A DNA stretch of 64,000 nt from Spirochaetia bacterium (GTDB lineage: Bacteria; Spirochaetota; Spirochaetia; SZUA-6; Bin103). Location of the stretch: contig OZ241863.1 in the NCBI GenBank assembly GCA_965203055.1, positions 640,001 through 704,000 of the forward strand. Direction: 5' to 3'. This document shows positions 28,793 through 41,934 of this stretch, one piece after another. A program made the position numbers and the translations under genes. The notes beneath the pieces are model-generated. The model had not been told where the DNA came from and ran no database searches. It was given only the letters and a program-made list of their open reading frames with translations. Positions within the stretch are counted from its first letter, which is position 1, and every line of letters begins with the position of its first letter.

Positions 28793-30673
28793 ATGACATT
28801 CGAAGAGCTTGATCTCGATAGCAGTCTCCTCCGGGCGATCCGGGATGCGGGATTCACCGCTTGCACGCCCGTGCAGGAGCAAACCTTTACTTACAGTCTG
28901 ATCGGCGCTGACGTCGCAGTTCAATCACAGACCGGCACCGGCAAGACGGCCGCGTTCCTGATTACCATATTTCAGCTATTCCTGGAGCAGCGCAGCCTCG
29001 ACGGCCGTATCGCCCTGATCGTAGCGCCGACCCGCGAACTGGCGGATCAGATCGAGATGGACGCCCGGCAGTTGGCCAAGTATCTCGATCTATCCATTGC
29101 CAGCTTCTATGGCGGGGTGGGCTACGAGAAGCAGGAGCGGGCGCTGGCGGACGGCGTGCGCGTGGCGATCGGCACGCCCGGGCGCCTGCTGGACTTCGCC
29201 AAGCAGCGCAAGTTGGACCTGCGCACCGTCGGCATGCTGGTCATCGACGAAGCCGACCGGTTGTTCGACATGGGCTTCATTCCCGATCTGCGCCGTCTGA
29301 TCCGGCAGATGCCGGGCCGTGACGAGCGCATTACCATGCTCTACAGCGCGACCCTGAGCACCCGCGTCAAGTCGTTGGCGTGGGAGTACATGAAGAACCC
29401 CGCCGAGATCTCGATCACGCCGGAACGGGTCACGGTGGACGAGATCTCGCAGGAACTCTATCACGTTCCCCGCGAGCGCAAGCTGAACCTGCTGCTGGGC
29501 CTGCTGTCCCGCGGCCAGCCGCGCAACGCGCTGATCTTCACCAACACCAAGCAGGCGGCGTTCGAAGTCGCCACCCGGCTGCAGCGCAACGACCTCACCT
29601 GCGAGTACATCATCGGCGACCTGCCGCAGAGCAGGCGCCAGCGGCTGATCGACGAGCTGAAGTCGGGCGATCTGCAGTATCTCGTCGCCACCGACGTGGC
29701 GGCGCGCGGCCTGCACATCGAAGAGCTGGACCTGGTGGTCAACTATGACCTGCCGGAGTACAGCGAGAATTACGTGCACCGCGTCGGGCGCACCGCGCGC
29801 GCGGGCCGTACCGGCAAGGCCATCGCGCTGGCGTGCGAACAGTACGTGTTCGCCCTGGAAGGGATCGAGGAATTCATCCGCATGCGCCTTCCCGCGGTCA
29901 CCGCCAGCCCGGAGCTGTACGCGGAAGACGCCAGTGCCGGCGTGCGCGTCGGGCACTACATGGATCAGCGCCGGCGCGACGACCGCCGGGCGCGCGACGG
30001 CGCCCGCCGCGGTGGCCGGGCTGCCGACACCGGCGCCGGGAGCGGCCGCCGGCGCGCCCCGGTCCTGGCTCCGGCGCCCGCCGCCGGCGGCCAGGGGCGC
30101 GGTGCGGAGGCTGCGGCCCGCCAGCGCGCCGCGGCGCCGCGCGCGGCCGGCGCCGGCGAACCGGCCGCGGACCGCGGCGCTCAGGCCGCGGCCCCATCCG
30201 GCTCGCGGCGCAGCCGCGGCGGGCGGCGGCGGGCCGCGGCGCGCCGTTCAGCGCCGGCGGCGGACGGCGGCGGCCAGCGCCCGGCCCGCGGCGGCAGCGC
30301 CAACGCCGGCAGCAACGGCAACAACGGCACGGGGGCGGAGTCTGCTTCCGCGGCGGCGCCCGGCGTAACGCAGCCGCGGGACACCGGCGGCCAGAATCAG
30401 TCGGAGCGCCGCCGGCCGCGCACTACCGAAGAGCGTCTCGCCTACTACCGCGAGAAGTACGGCGAGGACTTCAGGCTGGCCGAGCAGCCGGACGCCGCCG
30501 GCGTGGCCGCCTCGACCGGCGATCCGCAGAACGGCGCCGCGCAGAACGGAACCCCACAGAACGGCGCCGCACAGAACGGCGCCGCGCAGAGCGGCGCCCC
30601 GCAGCCGGCCTCCGGTCTGCGCCGGCTGCTGCCCCGGCTGTTCGGCCGCCACTCCCGCCCGCGGAACACCTGA
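28793..30673 (+). CDS. DEAD-box RNA helicase (RhlB/RhlE-like)
   Basis: QTGTGKT, PTRELA, TPGRLLD, DEAD, SAT, ARGL, HRVGRTARAG; upstream TGTGTATAAT. Confidence 0.93.
   Translation: MTFEELDLDSSLLRAIRDAGFTACTPVQEQTFTYSLIGADVAVQSQTGTGKTAAFLITIFQLFLEQRSLDGRIALIVAPTRELADQIEMDARQLAKYLDLSIASFYGGVGYEKQERALADGVRVAIGTPGRLLDFAKQRKLDLRTVGMLVIDEADRLFDMGFIPDLRRLIRQMPGRDERITMLYSATLSTRVKSLAWEYMKNPAEISITPERVTVDEISQELYHVPRERKLNLLLGLLSRGQPRNALIFTNTKQAAFEVATRLQRNDLTCEYIIGDLPQSRRQRLIDELKSGDLQYLVATDVAARGLHIEELDLVVNYDLPEYSENYVHRVGRTARAGRTGKAIALACEQYVFALEGIEEFIRMRLPAVTASPELYAEDASAGVRVGHYMDQRRRDDRRARDGARRGGRAADTGAGSGRRRAPVLAPAPAAGGQGRGAEAAARQRAAAPRAAGAGEPAADRGAQAAAPSGSRRSRGGRRRAAARRSAPAADGGGQRPARGGSANAGSNGNNGTGAESASAAAPGVTQPRDTGGQNQSERRRPRTTEERLAYYREKYGEDFRLAEQPDAAGVAASTGDPQNGAAQNGTPQNGAAQNGAAQSGAPQPASGLRRLLPRLFGRHSRPRNT
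30527..30600 (+). repeat. 15-nt coding tandem repeat (QNGAA) in the helicase tail
   Basis: cagaacggcgccgcg-like unit about five times. Confidence 0.75.
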
Positions 30674-30686
30674 CCCCGGAACGCCG

Positions 30687-31574
30687 ATGAGCGCCCGCGT
30701 CATCAAGGGCGGTCCGGTGGCGGCGCGCATCCGCGCGCAGGTGGCCGCGCAGGTGGCCGGGAGCAACGATCAAGGGCATCCGCCGCGTCTCCGGGTGCTG
30801 CTGGCCGGCGCCGACCCCGGCTCGCTGTGGTATGCCCGGGCCAAGGCCAGGCTCGGCCTCAAGCTGGGGATCGAGGTGGAGGTCGAGCGCTTCCCGGCCG
30901 GCGTGACCACCGCCGCCCTGCGCGCTGCAATCCGCGACGGGAACCACGATCCCGCCGTACACGGCATTCTGGTCGAGCTGCCGCTGCCCGCCGGAGTCGA
31001 CAAGCGGCTGGTGCTGGGGGCAATCGCGCCGGACAAGGACGTGGACGGCGTGACCCCGGTCAACCGCGGGCTGCTGTTCGGCGGCGACGAAGAGGAGGCG
31101 CTGCTGCCCGCCACCCCGCTGGCCTGCCTGGAGTTGCTCGCCGAGGTGCCGGTGCGGCCCGAGGGCAGGCGCGCCGCGGTAGTGGGCCGCGGCGACGCCG
31201 TGGGGCGCCCGCTCGCCGCCCTGCTGCTGGCCCGTCACGCCACCGTCACCATCTGCCACACGCGCACTCCCGACTTGGCGGCGGTGTTGCGCCAGGCCGA
31301 TCTGGTGTTCGCCGCCGCCGGCCGCCCCGGCGTGGTGACCGGAGCGATGATCCGCCCCGGCGCGACGGTGATCGACGCCGGCATCAGCGAGGTGGCCGGC
31401 GCCCTGGTGGGTGACGTGGAGTGGGACAGCGTGGCCGCGGTGGCGGGCGCGGCCACGCCCGTGCCGGGCGGCGTGGGTACCGTCACCGCGGCGTTGCTCA
31501 TGCGCAACGTGCTCCGCGCCCGCGCCTTGCAGAATGCGCGCGCCCTGCAGCACGCCCGGCACGGCCGGGCGTGA
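30687..31574 (+). CDS. folD: Methylenetetrahydrofolate dehydrogenase/cyclohydrolase
   Basis: HGILVELPLP, KDVDG, PATP, ATVTICHTRT, GDV, TPVPGGVG. Confidence 0.9.
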   Translation: MSARVIKGGPVAARIRAQVAAQVAGSNDQGHPPRLRVLLAGADPGSLWYARAKARLGLKLGIEVEVERFPAGVTTAALRAAIRDGNHDPAVHGILVELPLPAGVDKRLVLGAIAPDKDVDGVTPVNRGLLFGGDEEEALLPATPLACLELLAEVPVRPEGRRAAVVGRGDAVGRPLAALLLARHATVTICHTRTPDLAAVLRQADLVFAAAGRPGVVTGAMIRPGATVIDAGISEVAGALVGDVEWDSVAAVAGAATPVPGGVGTVTAALLMRNVLRARALQNARALQHARHGRA

Positions 31575-32245
31575 GCGGCAGCGTGCCGCCTGTGCCGGCT
31601 GTGCCGTCTGAGGCGGCTGAGCAACTGCTGGAGCTGCCGGTGGCGGAGTTCGCCGCCCGCACCGCGTCGCCGGCGCCCACTCCCGGCGGCGGCTCGGTGG
31701 CCGCGGTCACCGGCGCGCTGGCCGGCGCCCTGGTAGCCATGGTGGCGCGGCTCACCGACCGCAAGAAGGGCTACGAGCAGGCGTGGGAGCTGGCGGCCGC
31801 GGCCGGGCGGCGCGCCGCCCGGCTCAGCGTGGAGCTGCAGGCGGCCGCCCAGGAAGACGCGCGCAGCTTCGCTGCCTACATGGCGGCGCTGCGCCTGCCG
31901 AAGCGGTCGCCGCAGGAGCGGCAGGAGCGCCGCGCGGCCCTGGCGGCGGCCACCCGCCGCGCCACCGCGGCGCCGCTGGCCATCGCCGCGGCCTGCGATG
32001 AGGTCCTGGCCCTTGCCGCGCGGCTGGCGCCGGTCGCCAACCGCCATGCGGTTTCGGACGTAGGCGCCGCGGCGCACCTGGCCGCGGCCGCCGCGGGGGC
32101 GGCGCTGTTGACCGCGGAGATCAACCTTCGTTCAGCCCCGAAGGAAGAGTTTTTCGACGAGTCCCGCAGACAAGCCGCGGAATTGCGTGCCAGAACGGAG
32201 AAAATGGCGCGGTCCATCCTGGAGATCGTAGAAACACGCATCTGA
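31571..32245 (+). CDS. fchA: Cyclodeaminase/cyclohydrolase family protein (FchA-like)
   Basis: ASPAPTPGGGSVAA, MVARLT, DARSFAAYMAALRLPK, AVSDVG, EINL. Confidence 0.85.
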   Translation: MSGSVPPVPAVPSEAAEQLLELPVAEFAARTASPAPTPGGGSVAAVTGALAGALVAMVARLTDRKKGYEQAWELAAAAGRRAARLSVELQAAAQEDARSFAAYMAALRLPKRSPQERQERRAALAAATRRATAAPLAIAAACDEVLALAARLAPVANRHAVSDVGAAAHLAAAAAGAALLTAEINLRSAPKEEFFDESRRQAAELRARTEKMARSILEIVETRI

Positions 32246-32338
32246 ACTGACGGAAATAGACTCCGTTCTTGTCTCGATGGGAAATTCCGGTCTGAAATTG
32301 CCTTCATTTACCAGTTCCAGATTTCTTCGTCGGGGTAC

Positions 32339-32367
32339 TTGCCTGGTACGGCAACATGCGGCATACT
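32339..32367 (+). promoter_or_regulatory. Putative sigma70 promoter of ilvBN
   Basis: TTGCCT-N17-CATACT followed by RBS AGGAGG. Confidence 0.55.
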
Positions 32368-32402
32368 TCACACTTCCAAATCTCTCCTAGGAGGCGCGGC
32401 TG

Positions 32403-34133
32403 ATGGCATCTTTCGACCAGAACGGCTATGACGGCGGCCAGGCATTGGTAAAGGCGCTGGAAAACGAGGGAATCGAGTATCTGTTCGGCCTGTCCGGAGG
32501 GGCCGCCTTACCGATCTTCGACGCGTTGGTATCGACCCGGAACAAGATGAAGTTCGTGCTGGTGCGCCACGAGCAGGGCGGCAGTCACATGGCCGACGGC
32601 TACGCGCGCGTTACCGGCAAGCCGGCGGTGGTGCTGGTCACCAGTGGTCCCGGCGCCACCAACACCTTGACCGGGATCATGACCGCGCACATGGACTCGG
32701 TGCCGATGCTGGTGGTTACCGGGCAGCAGGTGACCGGGATGCTCGGCAAGGACGCGTTTCAGGAGGCGGACATCTTCGGCATCACCATGCCGATCGTCAA
32801 ACACAGCTACCTGGTCAAGGACACCGACAGCATCCCGCGCATCGTGCGCGAGGCGTATCACATCGCCACCACCGGGCGCCCCGGACCGGTACTGATCGAC
32901 GTGCCCAAGGACGTGAGCCAGGCGCCGGTCGGCAACGGGTTGCATCAGAAAATGGACATTCCCGGCTACCAGGTCCCCGAAGATGGCGACCGCGAGGTGA
33001 TCGTGCAGGCGGCCGCGGCCCTCAACGCGGCGCGCCGGCCGGTGATCCTGGCCGGCCACGGCGCGCTCATCGCCAAGGCTGCCGACTCGGTACGGCGCCT
33101 GGCGGAGCGCCTGCAGGCGCCGGTCACCACCACCCTGCTCGGCAAGGGGGCGTTTCCGGAGACCCATCCGCTGGCGCTGGGGATGCTCGGCATGCATGGC
33201 ACCGCCTACGCCAACAAGGCGATGGTCGAGTGCGACCTGGTAATCTCCATCGGTTCGCGCTTCGACGACCGCATCATCGGGCAGCCGCACCGCTTCTGCC
33301 GCAACGCGGTGGTGATCCACGTGGACATCGATCCCGGCGAGAACGGCAAGATGATCAAGCCCGACCACTTCATTCAGGGCGACGCCCGGCTGGTGACGGA
33401 GGAGCTGATCAAGCACGTCACCCGGCTCGACACCGACCCCTGGCTGGCGCAGTTGAAGCGCTACAAGGCCAAGTACCCCTTGAAGTACCGCAAGCAGGGG
33501 GGGCTCAAGATGCAGCACGTCATCGACGAGCTGTACCGGCTGACCGAGGGCAAGGCGATCGTCTCCACCGACGTGGGGCAGCACCAGATGTGGGCGGCGC
33601 AGTTCTACAAGACCGACCATCCCGAGAACTGGCTCAGCTCCGGCGGGGCGGGAACCATGGGCTACGGGTTTCCGGCCGCCATCGGCGCCCAGTTCGGGCG
33701 GCCCGACGATCCGGTCCTGGCCATCGTCGGCGACGGCGGATTTCAGATGACGCTGTGCGAGTTGGCGACGGCGTGCGTCCACAAGCTGCCGATCAAGGTG
33801 ATCGTGCTCAACAATCACTACCTGGGCATGGTGCGGCAGTGGCAGGAGCTGTTCTACGACGAGCGCGAGAGCGGGGTCGATCTGGAGGGCAACCCCGACT
33901 TCGCCAAGCTGGCGCAGGCCTACGGGGCCAAGGGCTTCACCCTGCGCCGGCCCGGCGACGTGCGCCGCATCCTCACCGCGGCGCTCGAATACAACGACGG
34001 CCCGTGCGTGGTGAACGCCGAGGTGGAGAAGACCGACAACGTGTTTCCGATGATCCCGGCCGGCAGCGCCCTGGAGGACATGATCGTGGAGCCGCCCACG
34101 GTCAAGCTGGCCAAGCCGACCGGATCGACCTAG
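32403..34133 (+). CDS. ilvB: Acetolactate synthase large subunit
   Basis: [50 protein letters not shown]. Confidence 0.96.
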   Translation: MASFDQNGYDGGQALVKALENEGIEYLFGLSGGAALPIFDALVSTRNKMKFVLVRHEQGGSHMADGYARVTGKPAVVLVTSGPGATNTLTGIMTAHMDSVPMLVVTGQQVTGMLGKDAFQEADIFGITMPIVKHSYLVKDTDSIPRIVREAYHIATTGRPGPVLIDVPKDVSQAPVGNGLHQKMDIPGYQVPEDGDREVIVQAAAALNAARRPVILAGHGALIAKAADSVRRLAERLQAPVTTTLLGKGAFPETHPLALGMLGMHGTAYANKAMVECDLVISIGSRFDDRIIGQPHRFCRNAVVIHVDIDPGENGKMIKPDHFIQGDARLVTEELIKHVTRLDTDPWLAQLKRYKAKYPLKYRKQGGLKMQHVIDELYRLTEGKAIVSTDVGQHQMWAAQFYKTDHPENWLSSGGAGTMGYGFPAAIGAQFGRPDDPVLAIVGDGGFQMTLCELATACVHKLPIKVIVLNNHYLGMVRQWQELFYDERESGVDLEGNPDFAKLAQAYGAKGFTLRRPGDVRRILTAALEYNDGPCVVNAEVEKTDNVFPMIPAGSALEDMIVEPPTVKLAKPTGST

Positions 34134-34140
34134 GCCCGCC

Positions 34141-34641
34141 ATGGAGAAGAACGGATCGATTCATACCCTGAGCGCCCTGGTGGCCAACAAGCCGGGGGTG
34201 CTGGCGCGCATCGCGCAGGTGTTTGCGCGCCGCGGCTTCAACATCGAATCGCTGGTGGTGTCGCCGTCCAAGGACGGCGGCTATTCGCGCATGACCATCG
34301 GCGCCCGCGGCTCGGAGCAGGGCCTGTCTCAAATCATCGCCCAGGTCAACAAGCTGGTGGACGTACTGCACTGCCACGACCACACCTTCGACAACGCGGT
34401 GGTGCGGGAGTTGGCGTTGGTCAAGGTGGCGGTGGGTCCCGAGCAGCGCACCGAAGCGCTGCAGATCGCCCAGCACTTCGGCTGCAAGACCGAGGATCTG
34501 ACCCAGGAGTCGATGATCGTGATGGCCACCGGCGCCACCGAGAAGATCGACGCCCTGATCAGGATGCTGCGCAAGTTCACCGTGGTGGAGATGGTCCGCA
34601 CCGGCAAGGTAGTAATGGTCCGCGGCGAAGCCTCCACCTGA
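34141..34641 (+). CDS. ilvN: Acetolactate synthase small subunit
   Basis: NKPGVLARI..F.RRGFNIESL, RELALVKV, EMVRTG. Confidence 0.95.
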   Translation: MEKNGSIHTLSALVANKPGVLARIAQVFARRGFNIESLVVSPSKDGGYSRMTIGARGSEQGLSQIIAQVNKLVDVLHCHDHTFDNAVVRELALVKVAVGPEQRTEALQIAQHFGCKTEDLTQESMIVMATGATEKIDALIRMLRKFTVVEMVRTGKVVMVRGEAST

Positions 34642-34734
34642 CCCCGCCGGATGACACGATGCACGATGGCGCGGCCAGCGATCTGATCTGCCGTTATCTG
34701 CGAAGTATGATTATGATAGGGTAAGGGGACATCC

Positions 34735-37248
<2,514 letters not shown>

Positions 37249-37264
37249 GGGCCGGGACCGAACG

Positions 37265-40060
37265 ATGGCGGCACGGGCCGGCCGCGACCGGCGGCTCTAC
37301 CTGATCGACGGTATGCCCCTGGTGTACCGCGCCTACTTCGTGTTCCTGAACCGTCCGCTGATCACCGCCAACGGCTTCAATTCGTCGGCGGTGTACGGCT
37401 ACACCACCTCCCTGCTGCAGATCCTCAATGACGAGCAACCTACCCACCTGGCGGTGGTGTTCGACACGCCGGGACCCACGTGGCGCGACCGCGAGTACCC
37501 CGATTACAAGGGCACCCGGCAGAAGGCGCCGGAGGACATCAGCGGCTCGCTGCCCCACGTGCGCCGCATTACCGAGGCGATGGGCCTCACCGTGATCGCG
37601 CACGACGGCGTGGAGGCGGATGACGTAATCGGCTCGCTCGCGGCGCGCGCCGAGGCGGCCGGTTTCGACACCTACATGGTGACGCTGGACAAGGACTTCG
37701 CGCAGCTCGTCAGCGACCACGTCTTCCTCTATCGCGTGCCGCGCATGGGGGGCGACCCGCCGCAGATCTTCGACGCCGCCGCGGTGCGCGAGCGCTTCGG
37801 GGTGGAGCGCCCGGAGCAGGTGATCGACCTGATCGGGCTGGCCGGCGACAGCGTGGACAACATCCCGGGCATCCCGGGGGTAGGGGAGAAGACCGCGCAG
37901 AAGCTGATCACCCGCTTCGGATCGGTGGAGGGATTGGTGGCCGCCACCGATCAGCTCAAGGGCAAGCAGCGGGAGAAGATCGAGACCTATGCGGAGCAGG
38001 CGCTGCTGTCGAAGCGGCTCGCCACCATCGACCGCGGCCTGGACCTCGCGGTCGACCTGGAAGGCCTGGCGGTGCCCGCGCTGGACCCGCAGCGCGTTGT
38101 TCCGCTGTTTCAGGAATTCGAGTTCACCAGCCTCATCGAGCGGGTGTTTGGCGACCGCGAGGCCGCCGCGCCGGCGGGCGCCGCAGACGGCGCGGGCGAG
38201 GCGGGCGGCGCCGCGGCCGCCCGCCTGCGCACCCTGGCCGACGCCCCCCACGACTACCGTCTGGCGGAGGGTCCGGCGGCGCGCGCCCGGCTCCTGCAGG
38301 CCCTGCTGCAGCAGGCGGAGGTCAGCCTGTTCGTGGTGTGCGGTACCGGCGACCCCAAGCAGGTTCCGCTGGCGGGCGTGGCGTTCCGCTGGCAGGCGGG
38401 GGCCGCGTGGTACCTGCCGCTGCCGGAGGAGCGCGCCGCGGCCGCCGCCCGGCTGGGCGAGTTGCGGCGCTTCTGGGAGCATCCGGGGATCAGCAAGATC
38501 GGTCACGACCTGAAGCGCTGGGTCACGGCGTTGCGCTGGCACGGCATCGCCGTGGCCGGCACGCTGCTGGACACCCGCCTGGCGCACCAACTGGTAGAGT
38601 CGGACGGCGCCCATGACCTGGCGCTGCTGGCCGAACACTACCTCGGCTACGTGCCGCTGGCGCCCGCCGAAGCGGCCGCGGCGCTGCTGAAGAGCGCGGC
38701 GTTGCAGGCCGGTGAACTGGCCGCCGTGGGCCTTCCTCCGGCGCAGCTCGCGATCTTTGCCGGCGAGCGGGCCGACGTCACCGCGCACCTGCTGCAAGCC
38801 CTGCTGCAGGAGATCGACCGCTACGAGGAGCGCGCGCTGTGGGACCGGATCGAGGTGCCGCTCATGCCGCTGCTGGTGGAAATGGAGCACACCGGGGTGG
38901 CGGTGCGCGTCGCCGCACTGCGGGAGTACTCGCTGGAGTTGGAAAAGGAGATCGCCGCCCACGAGGCGGACCTGTACCGCCTGGCCGGCGGCCCCTTCAA
39001 CCTCAACTCGCCGAAGCAGCTTGGCGAGCTGCTGTTCGACCGGCTCAGGATAGCCGATAAACCGAAGCGCACCCGTACCGGCCAGTACGTAACCACCGAG
39101 CAGGAGCTGACCCGGCTCGCCGACCGCCACCCGATCATCCCCGCGATGCTGGAATACCGGGTAGTGCAGAAGCTGAAGTCCACCTACGTGGACGTGCTGC
39201 CCGACTCGGTGGTGGCCGAGACCGGCCGCATCCATACCACCTTCAACCAGCTCGTGGCCGCCACCGGCCGGCTCAACTCGGAGAACCCCAACCTGCAGAA
39301 CATCCCCATCCGCACCGACAAGGGGCGTGAAATCCGCCGCGCCTTCGTCGCTCCGGGGGCCGATCAGGTGCTGCTGGCGGCCGACTACTCGCAGATCGAG
39401 CTGCGCATCATGGCGCACATGACGGGGGACCCCGGGCTGGTCGAGGCGTTCGCCGGCGGCGTGGACGTCCATGCCGCCACCTCCGCCAAGGTATTCGGCG
39501 TCCCGCTGGCGGAGGTCACCGCCGAGATGCGGCGGCGGGCCAAGATGATCAACTTCGGCCTGATGTACGGCATGTCCGCCTTCGGTCTGGCCCAGCGGCT
39601 CAACATCGCCCGCGCCGAGGCGCGCGCCATCATCGAGCGCTACTTCGGGCAGTTCCCGAAGATTCAGCAGTACATGGGCGATACGGTGCAGTTGGCGCGC
39701 GACCGCGGCTACGTGCAGACGCTGCGCGGCCGGCGCCGCTACCTGCGCGACATCCGCTCCCGCAACCACGCCGCGCGCACCGCCGCCGAACGGGTCGCGA
39801 TCAACGCGCCGATCCAGGGCAGCGCCGCCGACATGATCAAGATCGCGATGCTGAACATCGACCGCGAGCTGCGGCAGCGCGGGCTGGGCGCCCGCATGAT
39901 CCTGCAGGTGCATGACGAACTGGTGTTCGAGGTGCCGCGCGCGGAACTGGAATCGGTGACGGAGCTGGTCACCGGCTCCATGCGCGACGCCCTCGACCTG
40001 GGCCGGGTGCCGGTGGTGGTCGACGTCGGGGTGGGCGCCGACTGGCTGGAGGCGCACTGA
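37265..40060 (+). CDS. polA: DNA polymerase I
   Basis: 5' nuclease EADD/GDSVDNIPG, TGRLNSENPNLQNIP, DYSQIELR, QVHDELVFE. Confidence 0.97.
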   Translation: MAARAGRDRRLYLIDGMPLVYRAYFVFLNRPLITANGFNSSAVYGYTTSLLQILNDEQPTHLAVVFDTPGPTWRDREYPDYKGTRQKAPEDISGSLPHVRRITEAMGLTVIAHDGVEADDVIGSLAARAEAAGFDTYMVTLDKDFAQLVSDHVFLYRVPRMGGDPPQIFDAAAVRERFGVERPEQVIDLIGLAGDSVDNIPGIPGVGEKTAQKLITRFGSVEGLVAATDQLKGKQREKIETYAEQALLSKRLATIDRGLDLAVDLEGLAVPALDPQRVVPLFQEFEFTSLIERVFGDREAAAPAGAADGAGEAGGAAAARLRTLADAPHDYRLAEGPAARARLLQALLQQAEVSLFVVCGTGDPKQVPLAGVAFRWQAGAAWYLPLPEERAAAAARLGELRRFWEHPGISKIGHDLKRWVTALRWHGIAVAGTLLDTRLAHQLVESDGAHDLALLAEHYLGYVPLAPAEAAAALLKSAALQAGELAAVGLPPAQLAIFAGERADVTAHLLQALLQEIDRYEERALWDRIEVPLMPLLVEMEHTGVAVRVAALREYSLELEKEIAAHEADLYRLAGGPFNLNSPKQLGELLFDRLRIADKPKRTRTGQYVTTEQELTRLADRHPIIPAMLEYRVVQKLKSTYVDVLPDSVVAETGRIHTTFNQLVAATGRLNSENPNLQNIPIRTDKGREIRRAFVAPGADQVLLAADYSQIELRIMAHMTGDPGLVEAFAGGVDVHAATSAKVFGVPLAEVTAEMRRRAKMINFGLMYGMSAFGLAQRLNIARAEARAIIERYFGQFPKIQQYMGDTVQLARDRGYVQTLRGRRRYLRDIRSRNHAARTAAERVAINAPIQGSAADMIKIAMLNIDRELRQRGLGARMILQVHDELVFEVPRAELESVTELVTGSMRDALDLGRVPVVVDVGVGADWLEAH

Positions 40061-40137
40061 CCCGGCGGGCGCGGCACCGGCAATGTCACTGCGGGAACAG
40101 ATCGAGGCCTGGCGGAGCCGCCGGTAGGTTTTTCGCG

Positions 40138-40791
40138 CTAGTCCAACTTGGGGAGGTCGAGCCGCAGCGACACGTTCATCAGGTGGGAGAAGCGCGGTTC
40201 CACGGCGCTCTCATCGCCGAAGGCGAAGCGCGCGGTGCCGCGGTAGCGGGTGCTCAGGCGTACCGCGGCGCGGGTGTAGGTGACCCCGACGGAAGCGGTG
40301 TAGAGCTGGCGGTTGCGTTCCGGCTGGTCGGCATAGGCGTCGAACAGCGGCTTCACCCAGCCGTCCAGGGCGACGTCGCCGGCGCGCAGGCGCGATTGCA
40401 GGCGCCCGCCGACGGTGAGCAGCAACGGATCGGTGCCGCGGCGCAGGATCAGCTCGGTCCCCAGGTCGAGGCGGTCGCTCAGGTCGAGGTCGAGGCGCGG
40501 CTGCACGCTCACCGAGCGCGCGTCCGCGGCCGCCGGGTCCTGCGGGTCGGGGCGGCTCGTCAGCCGCAGCGGGAGCGTCAGCCTGGCGCCTTCGCCCAGC
40601 TCCTGGCGGATCCTCGCGCCGACGGTGTGGCGCACGTAGGTGGGCTGCAGCTCCTCTTCGTCGTCTTCCTCGATGCCCTGCGCGGTCTCATAGGTGAGCG
40701 TCACCACCGGCGGGTCGAGGGCGCCGGCGGCCGCCGCCGGGCCGAGCAGCAGAGCCGCAAGCGCCGGGCGCAAGGCGCAGGTGCGCAGCAT
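40138..40791 (-). CDS. Hypothetical exported protein, possible beta-barrel
   Basis: Signal peptide; alternating beta-strand patterns. Confidence 0.6.
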   Translation of the reverse strand: MLRTCALRPALAALLLGPAAAAGALDPPVVTLTYETAQGIEEDDEEELQPTYVRHTVGARIRQELGEGARLTLPLRLTSRPDPQDPAAADARSVSVQPRLDLDLSDRLDLGTELILRRGTDPLLLTVGGRLQSRLRAGDVALDGWVKPLFDAYADQPERNRQLYTASVGVTYTRAAVRLSTRYRGTARFAFGDESAVEPRFSHLMNVSLRLDLPKLD

Positions 40792-40826
40792 GCTTCCTTA
40801 TCGGCGGCCGGCGCGCCGCCGGTGAA

Positions 40827-41927
40827 TCAGCCGCGGCCGGTTTGCGCGCGCTGGCGCAGCAGGTGGTCCACCAGTACCAGGTTGAACATGGCGTCCACCA
40901 GCGGCACGGCGCGCGGCAGCACGCACGGGTCGTGGCGCCCGCGCGGCTGCAGGGTGACATCGTTGCCGGCCTCGTCCACGGTCTGCTGCGGGCGCAGGAT
41001 CGTGGCCGTGGGCTTGAACGCGGCGCGCACCACGATCGCCTCGCCGTTCGAGATGCCGCCCTGCACCCCGCCGGAGCGGTTGGTCCGGGTGCGCACGCGC
41101 CCGCCGCCGGTCGCGCCGCGGTCGAGGTAGAACAGGTCGTTGTGGGCGCTGCCGGTCAGCCGCGTGCCGGCGAAGCCGGAGCCGATCTCGAAGCCGCGGC
41201 AGGCGGGCAGCGACAGCAGGGCCTTGGCCAGGTCGGCGTCCAGCTTGTCGAACACCGGTTCGCCAAGGCCGGGCGGCACGCCGCGCGCCACCGCCTCCAC
41301 CACGCCGCCCAGGGAGTCGCCGGCCTTGCGCGCCCGTTCGATCCGCTCCTGCATGGCCGCGGCCGCAGCCGGATCGGGGCAGCGGGTGATGTGCGCCTCC
41401 ACCGCGGCGCGGGTCACCCTGCCCGGGTCCACGGCGGCGTCCACGTCGCTCACCTGCTTGACGTAGGAGACTACCTCCGCGCCGCAGCTCCGGCGCAGCA
41501 CCCGGGCGGCAATGGCGCCGCCCGCGACCCGGCCCACGGTCTCGCGGGCGCTGGCGCGGCCGCCGCCGCGCCAGTCGCGCCGGCCATACTTGGCGGCGTA
41601 GGTGTAGTCGGCGTGGGAGGGGCGGTAGGCGGTGCGCAGCTCGGCGTAGTCGCGCGAGCGGGCATCCTGATTGCGCACCAGGACGTGAATGGCAGTGCCG
41701 GTGGTGAAGCCTTCGAACACGCCCGAGAGGATCTCGGCGCGGTCCGCTTCCCGCCGTTGGGTGGTGATGCGGCTCTGGCCGGGGCGGCGGCGGTCGAGCT
41801 CGGCCTGCAGGTCGGCCTCCTCCAGCGGCACGCCGGGCGGGCAGCCGTCCACCACCACGCCCACCGCCGGACCGTGCGATTCACCCCAGGTGGTGATGCG
41901 AAACGAATGCCCGAAGGTGCTGGCCAT
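40827..41927 (-). CDS. aroC: Chorismate synthase
   Basis: [38 protein letters not shown]. Confidence 0.96.
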   Translation of the reverse strand: MASTFGHSFRITTWGESHGPAVGVVVDGCPPGVPLEEADLQAELDRRRPGQSRITTQRREADRAEILSGVFEGFTTGTAIHVLVRNQDARSRDYAELRTAYRPSHADYTYAAKYGRRDWRGGGRASARETVGRVAGGAIAARVLRRSCGAEVVSYVKQVSDVDAAVDPGRVTRAAVEAHITRCPDPAAAAAMQERIERARKAGDSLGGVVEAVARGVPPGLGEPVFDKLDADLAKALLSLPACRGFEIGSGFAGTRLTGSAHNDLFYLDRGATGGGRVRTRTNRSGGVQGGISNGEAIVVRAAFKPTATILRPQQTVDEAGNDVTLQPRGRHDPCVLPRAVPLVDAMFNLVLVDHLLRQRAQTGRG

Positions 41928-41934
41928 GGCCCTG

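Noticed and set aside
26860..30600. Short repeats at 26860-26936 and 30527-30600 considered as CRISPR
   Set aside because: No 25-45 nt repeats with unique spacers and no cas genes
32246..32402. Possible attenuator upstream of ilvB
   Set aside because: No Ile/Leu/Val-rich leader or terminator between the predicted promoter and the SD
40083..40127. 14-aa mini-ORF after polA (MSLREQIEAWRSRR)
   Set aside because: No SD and too short to support
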